The notes beneath the pieces are model-generated. The model had not been told where the DNA came from and did no database searches. It saw nothing but the letters and a program-made list of their open reading frames with translations. 64,000 nucleotides of DNA from Lama glama (taxonomy: Eukaryota), in contig CM052816.1 of the NCBI GenBank assembly GCA_028534125.1, forward strand, positions 77,626,001 through 77,690,000. The letters run 5' to 3'. This document shows, one piece after another, positions 24,084-36,778 of this stretch. Numbering within the stretch: the first letter of the stretch is position 1; each line of letters begins with the position of its first letter. A program made the translations under genes and the position numbers.

Positions 24084-24160
24084 AAATATTGAATCACTAT
24101 GTTGTACACTTGAAACCAATATAACATTGTATGTCAATTAAAATTCAATTAAAAAAAAAA
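24084..24160 (+). mobile_element. Short L1 3' end with poly-A
   Basis: gaatcactatgttgtacacttgaaaccaatataacattgtatgtcaatta followed by A10. Confidence 0.85.
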
Positions 24161-26289
24161 CCCTTACCCTACAAATCAGAAAAAAAAAAAGTTGAAGAAG
24201 TTCAGATTTGACCATTCTAACACTTGGGAAAATCAAGTCAACAAGTGGTGCTGTCAGAGATGTTGATTCAATCACACCTAATTCTTCAGTTCTTTATCCA
24301 TCCACTCACTTGCTTAACATTCATGGAGCATCTAGTATGTGCCAAATGCTGTGCTGTGCTGAGCAGAACACCACCAGGCTTCCTGCTGAATGTCTGAATC
24401 ATTTGTGGACCTGGTCTATAACCAAAATCACAGAGCGGTGAAGCATATCCTGTCAAGATAACCAAACTGAACAAAGCCACATTTTCAAGTCTACCTTTTA
24501 ATATCAGATTGACCAATGTGCCCATCAGCTAACCTCTAGAAAGATTCTTCTCATCGCTGATAAGCCCAGTCACCCCGATAACTGCCCAGTGTGCAGTGCA
24601 CAAAGGGCATCTTTGTTTTGCTCAGCGTGGACTCAGAGGCAAGCCCAGGAAACAGTGAAATAGTCAGGATGGAAATGAGGTATCTTCGTGACAGTAAACT
24701 CCTTCTTCAGCCCCCATTATCGAGATCAACAGGACTGAGTCACCAGTGGATGAAATCAATGATTGTTTCACTCTGCATCCCCGGAGTCACTCACTGAGTC
24801 AGTGGGTAAACTGGGATCAGAACCCAGCCTTGTCCTGCTGGGGCTGAGTGGTCCTACTATATTTATCCAGGGTCTCATGATTCTTAGTGCTTTTTGCTCT
24901 GCCCTCTAATTTGCACTGTGCCTGCTGTAATATTTAAACGGGAAGTTGCCAGCTAAAATGGTCATTATCCGAGAAATCTATTTAAACATGTTTATAAGGT
25001 CAAATGAAGTGGGTGGTGGGTAAGCTAGACAGAAAACAACAAAAGCTTTGGCTCAGCAGAGCCAGTGAGGCTAAAGCTAAAGTGGGTAGAGTTTTAATGT
25101 CGAACCAGCACATGGTGGGAAAAGACAATCTAACCAAAATTGTATCTAAATCAGGAATGAGCTGTCAAAATATACAACCAACCAATTGATTTCTATTTCA
25201 GAAGCTGAACAATGGATTTGATTTATTTTAACTCAGTGGGTTGACAGCTTGAGGCAGTGTGTCAACAAGGCCCCTAATCCAAACTTTGGAAAAGATCTTT
25301 ACATCTGCAGTGCATTCTAATGGCAAGGAAGAGTTGGGATAATTAAGAAGGATGCTCAGGATCAGCCAAAAATGATCTTTGATGGGCTTAACAGGCAGCA
25401 GTGAGTGCTATAGGAGCAGAGGGAAATCAGGAAACTGGGGGAAAGCCTAATGTCTCCTGGAGCCCAAGCTGGGCTTCCTGTATATTCAAGCCTTTGAATA
25501 ATAGCTTTCAGTCCCATTAAAACCCACATCTCACCGTTTTGAGCCAACCACCTCATTATGTGACCTTCCCAGGCTCTGCTAAGTTGTCCTTGAACCTCAA
25601 AGAGGAAGAAGGAGGAGGGAAGAAAAGAAACTGTTTCCTCATTCCTGTTTTCTAAGAAACAGGGAAATGAGTTTGGAGTCTTCAGGTGATAAAGAGGAGA
25701 GTAGCACCTGAGAAAGCTTCTGACACCTTCTGTGTGATCTTGGATGTTAGTTCCTAAAGACAGAGATTGCGCAATTAAATAGATTCTATGCAACTAAAAG
25801 AAATTCAGTTTTGATAAAGAAAACCAGTATGGTTACTATTGGAAATTTTAACTCACATGTGCAGGGAGTAATTATATCACAGAGGAGAGTTAGTATTTCT
25901 TATTTATTATAAATGAAATTAATTTAATGAACTCCTTTCCATACAAAATTCACTTAGAAATATTATTTCTTCCTGGAGCTTATGAAGTATGGTTTGGGCT
26001 AGAACTGCATCTCATTCGTCCTATATTCCTTATATTACACTACAAAATTAGGCTCTTTTTGTTTCTTTCTTCCTGAACCTAGTCCTGACCCTCTTCTCAT
26101 TTCTAATGAGTCCGGAAGTGATTTATGCAGTAGGAAGAAAAGGAGGGAAAGAGTGAAGAATATTGGAAAAGAAGTTAGGGAAAGGGGGCAAGTAGAAAGA
26201 AGGGAAAGATTTGGAAATGACCAGAGAGAGGACACAGGGAAGACACATGAAAGTAGCTCTGATACCTTGAAGCAATACATCTTCCTACA

Positions 26290-26604
26290 GCTGTGCTGAC
26301 CAATACGTAGCACGTGCGGCTGTTAAGCACTTGAAATGCAGCTTGTCTGAATGCAATGTGCTGTAAGCAGAAAATACCAGATTTTATAGGTTTCATGCAA
26401 AAAAAAATAAGATTGCAAAGTATCTTATTAATACTTGACATTGCTTGCATTTTGAAATGATAATATTTGAGGCATAGAAGTTTAAATAAAATACATTATT
26501 ATTAAAATTAATTTCATCTGTGTCTTTTTACATTTTTCATGTGACTACCAGAAAAATTCAAATGACATAGGTGGCTTATGTTCTATTTCTGTGACACGGT
26601 GCTG
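26290..26604 (-). mobile_element. MER33 hAT-Charlie element
   Basis: ctgtgctgaccaatacgtagc..ggctgttaagcacttgaaatg..attaaaattaatttcatctg..ctatttctgtgacacggtgctg. Confidence 0.8.
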
Positions 26605-27024
26605 CTCCCCATCTTCCTGAGAGGGGGCGGATGAGCATCCCATCCCCTCCACGGTCTCCACCACAACCCCCCCCCCAAACTCTCAGCCCCAACTTCGAGT
26701 CCTGACGTAATTATAAATCCTTCAGCAGCAATGTGGATGTGTGAAGTTTCCTTTTGGAGGCAGGCAACACATCTAGCAGCTTCTAGTTTGGGGGAATGCA
26801 GGTTGATGACCGACACACAGGAGTCATCAGGAAAGGCGGTCCTCGGACCCCGCCCTGTAGAATCTGTGACCAAGGTGACAGCCAGCTCTCTGTCTTGCAG
26901 TTCTCCTGACTCTCCCCACTCCAGCCCCAGGGGCCCTGGCACAATGGAGTTTTTTGTCTTTCCCACAGCACCCTGTCACAGTCTTCTCTCCCCCTTTTCA
27001 AGAATTCATCTTTTTTTTTTTTTT

Positions 27025-27524
27025 NNNNNNNNNNNNNNNNNNNNNNNNNNNNNNNNNNNNNNNNNNNNNNNNNNNNNNNNNNNNNNNNNNNNNNNNNNNN
27101 NNNNNNNNNNNNNNNNNNNNNNNNNNNNNNNNNNNNNNNNNNNNNNNNNNNNNNNNNNNNNNNNNNNNNNNNNNNNNNNNNNNNNNNNNNNNNNNNNNNN
27201 NNNNNNNNNNNNNNNNNNNNNNNNNNNNNNNNNNNNNNNNNNNNNNNNNNNNNNNNNNNNNNNNNNNNNNNNNNNNNNNNNNNNNNNNNNNNNNNNNNNN
27301 NNNNNNNNNNNNNNNNNNNNNNNNNNNNNNNNNNNNNNNNNNNNNNNNNNNNNNNNNNNNNNNNNNNNNNNNNNNNNNNNNNNNNNNNNNNNNNNNNNNN
27401 NNNNNNNNNNNNNNNNNNNNNNNNNNNNNNNNNNNNNNNNNNNNNNNNNNNNNNNNNNNNNNNNNNNNNNNNNNNNNNNNNNNNNNNNNNNNNNNNNNNN
27501 NNNNNNNNNNNNNNNNNNNNNNNN
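27025..27524. other. Assembly gap (500 N)
   Basis: Run of N. Confidence 1.
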
Positions 27525-27707
27525 CAGTGGTCTAAGTACAGGGAAGAGAGCAGATCATTCAGCCAAAAGAAGAGTTTCAGACTTCTCCAGAGTTGCAGTT
27601 AACTCAGAAACTCACACTACAACCACTAATTATTATTTTGAGATTTAATACTAGTACTACCTTGGATTTACATTTTTAAAATAAGGATGTAATCCAAAGA
27701 CTGTAGA

Positions 27708-27908
27708 GCATCATTTCTCAAAACGATGTCTGCAAGCCACCTGCATGAGAATCACCTGGAAGGAGGGGTGGCTTGCTAGTTATCAGATGCCCTGCTCCAC
27801 TCCCACGCTACCCTACTGCAATCTCTAGAAACGGAGTAAAGGAATATGCACTTACAAGAGGTGAGAAGAGTTGAGTCTGGTGTGCCCTAACATTTGAGAA
27901 TCTCTGCT
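27708..27908. mobile_element. MER5-like hAT-Charlie MITE
   Basis: catcatttctcaaa..ctgcatgagaatcacctgg..tttgagaatctctgct. Confidence 0.7.
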
Positions 27909-29302
27909 GTCAAGCTGGGAGTATGTGTCTGAGCCTGGCCATGCTCTGGAGGAAAGAGTGAAAGCGCTCAGGGCCATACACCCCAGGGGTTGTCTGCATG
28001 TACATATCCCCCAACCAGAGGAGTGGGGAGGCTGAATGGGGAGACTGAACCTAACCAAGGAAGAAGCAATAATTCTGTAGCACACAGGCAGCCGCTCTCT
28101 TACTAAGGAGAATCTCAGAGGCAAGACCCTCTAACTTATTTAAGGAGTCAGGGCATACACACATACATATTTCCAGGTTTGGGACTGTTGTATCCATCAC
28201 AATGAGCTGAACTCCTTCAATAGGACTTGAGTTGTGGCTTTCTTGGTGAGTAGAAATGAAAGATCCACCAGTGAGATCCAGGACCTGGGTGGAGAAGATG
28301 TGAGATGCTGGAAAGAACTATGAGGGTGGGTCTGCCGACTCAGCTCCTCAGGGAGAGCCACACAGACAACCCCTGGTGTGGCGAATCCCCAGTAGACAGG
28401 GGATTTCAAGAGTGGCAGTAGCTGCAGCGGCCAGAAGAGTCACACATGCTGAGCCACGGCCATGGCTCCAAAGTGTACTTCCCCACTGACAGCAGACACG
28501 GCGACAACTAGTTCGCGGCTCCTGGTAGAGCGAACTCTGGGAAGGGCCATGGTCAGGGCAGAGGGCAGCTGTTACCAGAAGAAGGTCCTCAGAGCCTGTA
28601 GCTGCCAGTGGTGGCAGCAGCGAAAATCAGAAGAGAATCGCTCCTCCCCAGGCTGGAGAAGGAACACACCTCCCCCTCTGAGCCCCAACAAGCGACCAAA
28701 AGCCCACCCCAGCAGCCGTGGCCAAGGGTGGGTTCTGAGTCCCAAGGGCTGGTCCAAGGCAGGAGGAGCCAGTTAAATGAACCTGAGCTAAAATCCCACC
28801 CAGGGACCATGACGAAATTAGGTCAAGTCCTCAAAGGGCTGATGTGCGATCCTAAATGAACAGAGTCAGAAGGCAGATGAAGCCTGAATTGAAACAGATG
28901 AGGTCAATCCTGGGTGACAACTGGGAGCATCGTCAAGGTGTGGTTTCCTTTATCCCCTGGCAGGTGAGGACACAGAGCCAGGGGAGAAGCACAGGGACAC
29001 TGGGCACTTCTGTTCCCTGTGATTCCTGGAGCTGGTCCCTGCTGAGTCCTTACTTGGGGGGAGAGACATCAGGCCTGGCATAATCCACTGAAGGAGTGAG
29101 CCTGAGCCTGAGTCTTTCTGGGTCTTTCTGGAAGGGGCTGGAAAAAGACACTTGAGGAGCAGGAAAAAAGTTCTCAAACTGCTAAGTGCAGGGGTTGTCA
29201 GTCAGTAGAAGTCCAGAGCTAAGCGACCGACTGTTTATCTTTGAATTCCCCACTGGGGTCGTGTATGTGAACCGATGAGTTTATTTGGAAGATTCTTCCT
29301 CT

Positions 29303-29368
29303 CACACGTGCGCACAGACACACAGACACAGACACACACACACACACACACACACACAGACGCAGACA
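29303..29368. repeat. Compound (CA)n/(CACAGA)n microsatellite
   Basis: Direct reading. Confidence 0.95.
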
Positions 29369-29449
29369 TCCAGCCACCCACACACCCATAATCAGATACC
29401 ACAGACCACAAAGATTACAAATGCTGCTCTAGCGAATCTAGAAAACAGT

Positions 29450-30400
29450 CAATGCCGATCTGTCTGAATCTGACTGAAGAGAAAGTTGTTTTTCAGCCGA
29501 GAGACAGAGGGTCCTCAGCAAGGCTGCTACGAGGTGGGACAGTGAACCTGCCCGGGCTGGAGACCCCCAGGGATCAGGCTCCCTCACCCAACCTGAAGTA
29601 GTTCCTGGCCTGAGCCGGCCCCAAAACGCCAGAAACGCCCTGGAGCTCCCAGCATTTTGGTATTTCCAGCAATTAGTGGTGCTGAAAAATCTTCGCGGGG
29701 GAAAAAGAACCCAGGCGGGGATTTCACAACGGGAGAACAAACAAACAAACCACCCCCAGCCAGGGTGAGAAGTTCTACTTTAATTTTAGAAAAATTTCAG
29801 TTCTGCATTCCGCCTGCTCCGGCTGGCCCTCTAGGACTTGGGAGTACAATGGCAGGTCCCTCAGGTCAGGCCGTGGGTCCAGGTTTGATCCTCTGTCAGC
29901 GACACCGTTTCAAGTTTTCAGGCCGACTTAAAATCATTACTTGGAATCTTCGTGTGAACAGAGGCTTCAAAGCGGCCTCCTTCTGGTGCTGCAGAGAAGG
30001 CTGAGCGGGGACACACTTGAGTGGTGAGCGAGTGCTGATAACTGGAGAGGGGTGAATTTATGAAGTGAGCAGCTCATCAAAAACACAAGTCACTCCGAAT
30101 TCATCGAAGCAGGTGCGAAATGACCAGGTTTCAACAGCTGAGGTAGGATGATACTTTGTAATAAGAGAAGCCATTCCTGGGACAGGGTCGAGTGAGACCA
30201 AGACTAATCAGGGCAGGCGGTGGCCGGGGCCAGCGCTCCGGAGCTGGTGAACCCACGCGGATATGACACGCCCCGGCTCAGCGGGGAATGCAGGGGGTGG
30301 GGGTGGGGGTGACTGCAGACCCCACGGCCCCCCAGGCTGGGAGACAGCCTCGCCCCAGCAGCAGAGGGCGAAGAGTGTCATAAGGTGCACGCTGCAGGCT
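29450..30400. promoter_or_regulatory. CpG-enriched unique segment with G4 motif and CTCF-like site
   Basis: Elevated CpG; G4 motif at 30283-30309; gcagcagagggcga at 30358-30371 is 12/14 identical to CCAGCAGAGGGCGC. Confidence 0.35.
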
Positions 30401-31065
30401 GGTGCATTATTCAGTAAAAACGTTGTGAATGCAGCTCTAAAGATTTTGCAAGCCCAAAATATCAGAAGGGTTTTCTGCCTCTTTCTTGCAAAAGATTAAG
30501 TCAAGAAACAAGCCTGTTGTGTGTCTTCCGTTTTCAATGCTGTTTGCTTAAAAGTAATTCAGAATACAATGCAAACTTTTCATGTGTTTTTCTTTTAAAG
30601 AGCATGCCAACCCAACAAAGCAGGTGAATTTTATTGATGGCATTTTTTGGAGTTGAATGAAATCACTTAAAAAAAGAAAGAAAAGAGCGATGCAGTGGAG
30701 CACAAGTCTGAAGGGCACAGGGCCTAGGAAGTGGAGAGCAGGGCAGTCTTTCCCAGGATCTGACAACACGGGGTCGCTCTGCAATCTCTGAGAGAAGGGG
30801 CACACACATGCCCCCACAACCCCATCGGGGGGCACTTGGTAGGAACGTCCCCCTGCACAGCCACACTCCAGGAGAGCCATGTAACTGGAGGAGGAGAAAA
30901 AACTGATCTGCAAGCTGAGTGCCAGTCCCCATCAGCCTCCAACGTTGTTGAGGTGGTTTCCTATGCATTTGCAATGGCAGAAATAGTGTGAATGCTGTGG
31001 AGGAAATACAGTGTTCCAAGGACACTCCACCTGGGGGAGCTCAATGGCAAGGCCCTACTCTGGAG

Positions 31066-31197
31066 CCCAGGGACCTACATTCAATACCCTGTAATATCCT
31101 ACAATGAAAGAGAATATATGTGTATAACTGAACCACTCTGCTGTACACCAGAAACCAACACAACATTGTGAATCAGTGATACTTCCATTTAAAAAAA
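31066..31197 (+). mobile_element. L1 3' end (cetartiodactyl type) with short poly-A
   Basis: cagggacctacattcaataccctgtaata..tataactgaaccactctgctgtacaccagaaaccaacacaacattgt. Confidence 0.85.
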
Positions 31198-31324
31198 CCA
31201 CCACCACAACCTGGGAGGTGCTCTTGCAGATCAGACATTTGAAGTAGTGGAAAAATGAAGCTGCTGTTGTATTGTTTTTCTTTTATAATCTTGGACCTCG
31301 CTTTTGAGAGGTCAGAGTTTCAGG

Positions 31325-31470
31325 CAGAACCAGCTACACAATTTGCAGGGCCCAGGGTGAAATCAAAGTGTGGGGTTCTGTTCAAAAACTAGTAAGAATG
31401 TCAACAATGGTGATGAAAGAACATCCTCCCTAGTGTGGGGCACTTTACAGGCTTCGGTGGCTTCAGGGGT
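31325..31470 (-). mobile_element. MER45A-like hAT-Tip100 MITE
   Basis: agaaccagctacacaatttgcagggcccagggtgaaatcaaagtgtggggttctgttcaaaaactagtaagaatgtcaa resembles the MER45A reverse complement. Confidence 0.7.
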
Positions 31471-32899
31471 CACTGTAACCTTTTTTAACTTTAGGTACGA
31501 AGCCAAAGGGTGGTCAGGCCTCTGTTTCTTTGTTGGAGGAAGCAGCACTGCTCGAAGGAAGATTTTGAGCCTCTGCTTCCTTGCTGGAGGCATCGCCCCT
31601 CGGACCCTGCCAGGCCAGCAAGGAAACCGGGAGGTTTCAGCCACAAAACTAAAGGGACCAAGCAGCTCACTGAAGAAGATGCAAAATAACCACAGAAAAG
31701 CCCGAAGAAAACAAAATCATCAGTAACCCAACTACCCGGACATAACCACGGGTCACGTGTGGTTCTGTAGCCTAATTTTTGCTTATGTCTGTTTTCCGTA
31801 TGTGTGTGTGTAATTTTTACAAAGCCCAGATCATACGCTAACAATTTTATCACCGTTTTCACCTTCCTGTTTTGCTATCTCCCCTTATCATCAAATATTC
31901 CTTAAGCACTTAATTTTTAGAGGTGGTACAGTAATCAAATAAACACAGAAAAAATTTTGTATATTTATAGCACCAAGCATTTAGCAACACTATGTCTATA
32001 TGTCATTGATATTTACATTCTACTATATGCACATATATGTGTAGACACACAGCAAAATGCACTAACGCTGGACTATGTGAGTTTGTTCATTATTCTCAAA
32101 AACAACACAATCTACGTGTGGCCACACTGATCAGGCTGAATTCCCTCCTCTGTTTACTCACCGTGCAGCATTTAGAAACGAGGAGGCAAATTCATTTATT
32201 CAATCACAATTTGGAGAGAAAATTGGGGCCTCCTCAGCCTCCAAAACAAATTTCCCTCTGCTTCATTGGCACATTTTGACAAATAATTAGTTCACTGAGT
32301 ACAATTCTGTTGGGTCTAACAGGTAAACTGCATCTCTCGATATTCGGGCGAAGTGATGATTCATTTGGAATCGACAAATATTTGCCGAGGAGATAACCAG
32401 CAATATTCCTGCTCATCCCAGTGGAGAATTTCCTCATTCAGTCACGCAGGCGTGGGAGGCAAAGAGCCTCCAGATTAAAAAGAATACTGCTGGTAATACC
32501 AAAATGTTTCTAGGCATGGAGAGATGTTTCAGAAGTGGCTTTTCATTTCAACATTCTTTCAACAGTTCAGTCAACTTCTCGTAAAATTAACAGTAAATAC
32601 TTTTTTAAAGGGGGTGTGTGTGTGCTGGTATTTTTGTGTGATTTGTTTTGTGTTATTGAAGTGCGCTACCCTGGCACGTGCTCAGCTGTAAATGCCATTC
32701 TCTATAAACATGAGCTGGGCTGCTGATACACGGCTTTGCTGTCCTCTCTGAACGGCAGCTTTTGCTGCTTTCTGCTGCCTTCTACTGCCTTCTTCCCTCA
32801 CAGCACGTGTGTGGGAATAAGAACTGGAGATGCAAAGGTCATGAAGTTGTCATGGAAACAGAATCTCCCCCCTCCACTCGCAGAGCTGGCTGATCAGCC

Positions 32900-33085
32900 A
32901 TCTCCCCATGCCAGGCACTGTGCTAGACTCTGTCCCGTCGTCTCTCATTAGCCCTCCAGCAGCACTCCCAGGTGCTTCTAGCCCCATTTTTAGAGCAGAA
33001 AACTGATTCAGGCCAGCCAATGGTCTTGCCTAAAGTCCTGTTAGGTGGCACATCGGAGATGGGAATCAAATCTTCCTCTCCAAGC
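32900..33085 (-). mobile_element. MIR SINE
   Basis: tgccaggcactgtgcta..ccccatttttagagcagaaaactga..ttgcctaaagtc. Confidence 0.8.
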
Positions 33086-34084
33086 AACATTGCTTTTCCA
33101 ATTGTTCTTCCCCCATCTCTTTGGAGGGACAAGAACAGGGACCCACCTGGTCCCATTTCCCTGCAGTATCCTGAGAGCAGTTCTGGTGAATGGTGATACG
33201 TGGTAGCTTTCAGAATGATTTTTTCAGTTTCCTCGTTTGACAGCATTCACTATGCTCCCTGTTGCATGTTCTCCTTTAAAGTTTGCAGCCTGGGCTAGAT
33301 AACCCCAGAGGAACATGCACCCGTTCTCCTGGTGATCATAACGCTAACCTAGACTGTTAGACTCTCCCTAAGAGTTGAAAAGAGAAAGTGTGTGTTGCGG
33401 GGGTGGTGTGTGCAATGAACATGAAGCAATGTGGGGCGGAGAGGGTTTGGGTGATTGAAGGAGCAAAGGCTTCAGGAACTCCACTCAGTACCATGATAAA
33501 CCTGAAGTCTGACCTCCTCCCAACCCTGCACCAGCGCCATAGTCCCCACTTGACCTATTTCCCTGCCATGCTTGTATCTACATCCATCGACACCATCTGT
33601 TTCCCATACATGCACCTCTGCAAAAATCCCATGATTTTCTGCAGGGCTATAGTGGCTGCTCTAAGGGGCCTAAAACCCTTTCTGTGGCTGATTATTTCTG
33701 AGGATCAAACTCCAGCTTCAGTTGGGCAAAGAGAGGCTGCCAAGTCAGGTGGGGTGAGAGTGTACCTCCTTGGGGGAAAAGGACTGCATCAGCCACTGCC
33801 CTCCCCACCCCATGCTCACCTCCAAATATGCACACTAGCGTTCACTCCCTGCACCCAGGTACATCCTATACCCGGCAAAGAACCATAAGGAGCTCATTAA
33901 GACAAGTTGGACCACTCCTCTTACCTGGTATGACAGCAGTGCCAGCACGAAGGCCTGGAAAATGCACCAAACTCCTGTAGACAGTTGGGACGGTGAGGGG
34001 GAGCTGGTACTCTCTCAGCAGCTGTAAGCTCTTACCTCAGCCCCATCAAGAATCATCTAACCAACAGGTGCTCCTGAATGTCTC

Positions 34085-34230
34085 TTCAACAACGAAATTC
34101 CATGACCGGTGGGACTCCTGGAGTATTGTTAGAAATGCAGAATCTCAAGTCCTCACCGCTGAAGACAGACTCAGCATGTGAACAAATCCCAGGTGATTCA
34201 CATAAAATTTCAGCTTGAGAAGCTCTGCTC
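34085..34230. mobile_element. MER5A-like MITE
   Basis: ttgttagaaatgcagaatctcaagtcc..cccaggtgattc..cagcttgagaagctctgct. Confidence 0.75.
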
Positions 34231-34249
34231 TAGACTCCAGAGGAAGGAC

Positions 34250-34625
34250 CAGCATCAACCCTGGCAGCACACTAGAACTGCCTGGAGAGATTCTTGACTG
34301 GACCAAGAGATGGGTCCCACCATTAGATTTTGACATGATTCGTCTAGGGCATGGCCCAGGCAAAGGTACGTCTCCAAATCTCCCCAGGCAAGGTTGCCAG
34401 ATTTGGCAAATAAAAATACAGAGTACCTAGTTAAAATTGAATTTTGGAGAAACAACAATCTTTTTTTAACCATAAGTGTTTCCTATACAATATTTGGGAC
34501 AGGCATATAGTAAGACATTCTTCGTGTTTACCTGAAATTTAAATCTTACTGGGCATCTTGGTTTTTCTGGTAACCCAACCCCCAAGTGATGCTACCATAC
34601 ATCCAAGGTGGAGGATTTCTGCTGT
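34250..34625. mobile_element. MER5A-like MITE interrupted by MER53
   Basis: caaccctggcagcacactagaactgcctggaga..ctccccagg, then insertion, then cccccaagtgatgct..ccaaggtggaggatttctgct. Confidence 0.65.
34389..34578. mobile_element. MER53 palindromic hAT MITE
   Basis: TIRs caaggttgccag / ctggtaacccaa. Near-palindromic body (aaatacagagtacctagttaaaattgaatt..aaatttaaatcttactgggcatcttg). Degenerate 8-bp TSD tccccagg / cccccaag. Confidence 0.8.
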
Positions 34626-34801
34626 AAAGCGAAGCTATTGTTATGCAGTACGTGTCTTGGAATTTCCCAAATGGTCCTGATTTCAAATATTCTCTCCCAT
34701 GGTGGTCATGGATCAAACTTGTGGAAGGAAAGCCTTTCCCGCCATGACCATGAGCAACCAGTAGGCCTGTGGATGTCTAGTAATGCCAGTGGATGGGATA
34801 A

Positions 34802-35006
34802 TAGCGTTGCCAGTTGACCTGCATACACAGGATACATTCTGTATTTAATGATTTTGTCCTGTGTCATATATTGACTTTGTCAGAAATCCTTAAATGTCCG
34901 GTGTTCAGCTATTTTTGGAATAATTTGCAAAAATTTGGGAGTCAAAGCTATTTTTCAAATTGAATTGGGTGCTCTAAATTTTTATCTGCAAAGTCTGGCA
35001 ACTCTA
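34802..35006. mobile_element. hAT-like MITE, family not assigned
   Basis: TIRs tagcgttgccag (34802-34813) and ctggcaactcta (34995-35006), 11/12 complementary. Flanking 8-mers tgggataa / tggagaaa. Confidence 0.55.
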
Positions 35007-35779
35007 TGGAGAAATCACTCTAATAAAATCCTGGGGAACTTTTCCTGAGAAATTTGTCCTCCCAGATTTGGTACTTGTCTGAAACTCTGTTACAGTTTTT
35101 TATGCCAGACCTCTGAACTCCAGCAGGTCAAGTCTACTGGAAAAATGTGGCTACTCTACTAGCCAAGAATTTCAGTTCATTCTTCACTGTTCCTGTTATT
35201 TAAGTTGAATTTAATAGTTTGGCACTTAACTCACTCCTATATCACACATGGGATAAATTAATATTGACAGACATTTGTTGTTAATAAAATGATCCCAACC
35301 TTCTTGGTATTTTCCTTCTTGTATTATTTTAAAAAGAATAAAATGAAGACAAGCAGTGGCTGTAAAGACAGGGAACTGGGACCCACAGTTAAGCCAGGAT
35401 GGATATGAAATGACTATTCACGGACTGCTGGCTTCCATATGGATCCCAGGGTTGTAGATGCTACAGAAGAGCTGGGAAGTCTGATGGATCTCAACTGTGC
35501 TCACCAAAGAGCACACACATCTTGAGAAACACTCAGAGAGAATCTTGACTGGGACCCAGTTAGCTAGAGGTCGGGGATGGGGATGGTAATGATGATGGCC
35601 TTATGCTAGCTAGGCCTGGGGCACAGCTGAAGAACCAGCCAGCCTGCAGGAGAGAGCTTTCATTTGTGTCATTTTCTCTCGTCCACATTTCCTGGCATGA
35701 TTCCTATCCCCATTTTCACTGTGGGTCAGGAAACAGCAGATACAAAGTCAGAATCTGCAAGCTGGATGTGCAGATTGAA

Positions 35780-36715
35780 GAATTACCCCAGTGGCATCAA
35801 GAAAGCCAGAAGAGGTGAGAAGAATGAGAGGAGAGTTAAGAGATATGAAAGGTAAACAGAGATGTCAACATCTTTCTAATCGGAATCTCAGAAGGAAAAA
35901 GGAGAGTAAACAGAGGGAGGGGAATAGTGGGCCTAGCAGACCACAAATAAGCATGTGTTCAGGAGATTTTAACAACATGATTAAGAAGCGCTAATATATC
36001 CTAATATAACTACTATTGTGTATCTATCCAATAACATAGCACTAACATACATACATGTATACCTTCGTTTCCCAAAAAAACATTGTTTCAAGCTCACATT
36101 GAAACTTCCCCAAAATTGAACATGTTCTTAGTTGTAACAACAACAACAACAAAAAAGACGTTTCAAAGCATCAGTGTCACGCAGACTTAACTTCTCTGAT
36201 CCAGTGCAAGAAAATTAAAAATCCATAAAATGATAGTCTTTTTAAAAATTCCGTATATCTGCAAACCAAAGAAAAGATACCACTAAAGAATATTCGGATG
36301 TAAGAGCAAATCAGATAGAAAAGTTATTAAAAATATGGAGCTTGGCAGCAAGGAAAGCATTACATTTCAACATCAGTGAGATGCAGCTAAAGCAGTGCTT
36401 TGAGAGCTAGGGAGAGCTTTAAATACATGTAAAAAAAAAAAACAAGAAAGATGGAAAATGAGCCGGGGAGTCAACTCAGGAAGGTAAAGAGTAGCAGAGC
36501 ATACAAAAAGAAACAAGAAGAAAATAAGAAAAGTGTAAACAGTGAGAGAGACAGAGAGAGAATAAGGAATATGAAAATTAAAGCTGGTTTTGTGCAAAAC
36601 TCATATGACTGATTAAATGGGGGAATTGCAAATATTATAAAGAGAAAAAAGTTCATAACTACAGAAATATCCATTTTTAAAATTATTAAATATAATAAGC
36701 AATGCAAAGGCAATC
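35780..36715 (+). mobile_element. Ancient L1 fragments (ORF1/ORF2, L1ME-like)
   Basis: A-rich degenerate L1 (ccaaaattgaacatgttctta; ttctctgatccagtgcaagaaaattaaaaatc; gatgcagctaaagcagtgctt). Confidence 0.65.
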
Positions 36716-36778
36716 AACATAAAGTATTTGTATTAGTGGATAGCTATACAGAAAGATAGATGGGTGAATAGTTATATG

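Noticed and set aside
26731..27648. 305-aa and 193-aa ORFs
   Set aside because: Their length comes from translating through the N gap.
32350..32445. C/D snoRNA (GTGATGA box C-like)
   Set aside because: No terminal CTGA box D or closing stem at a suitable distance.
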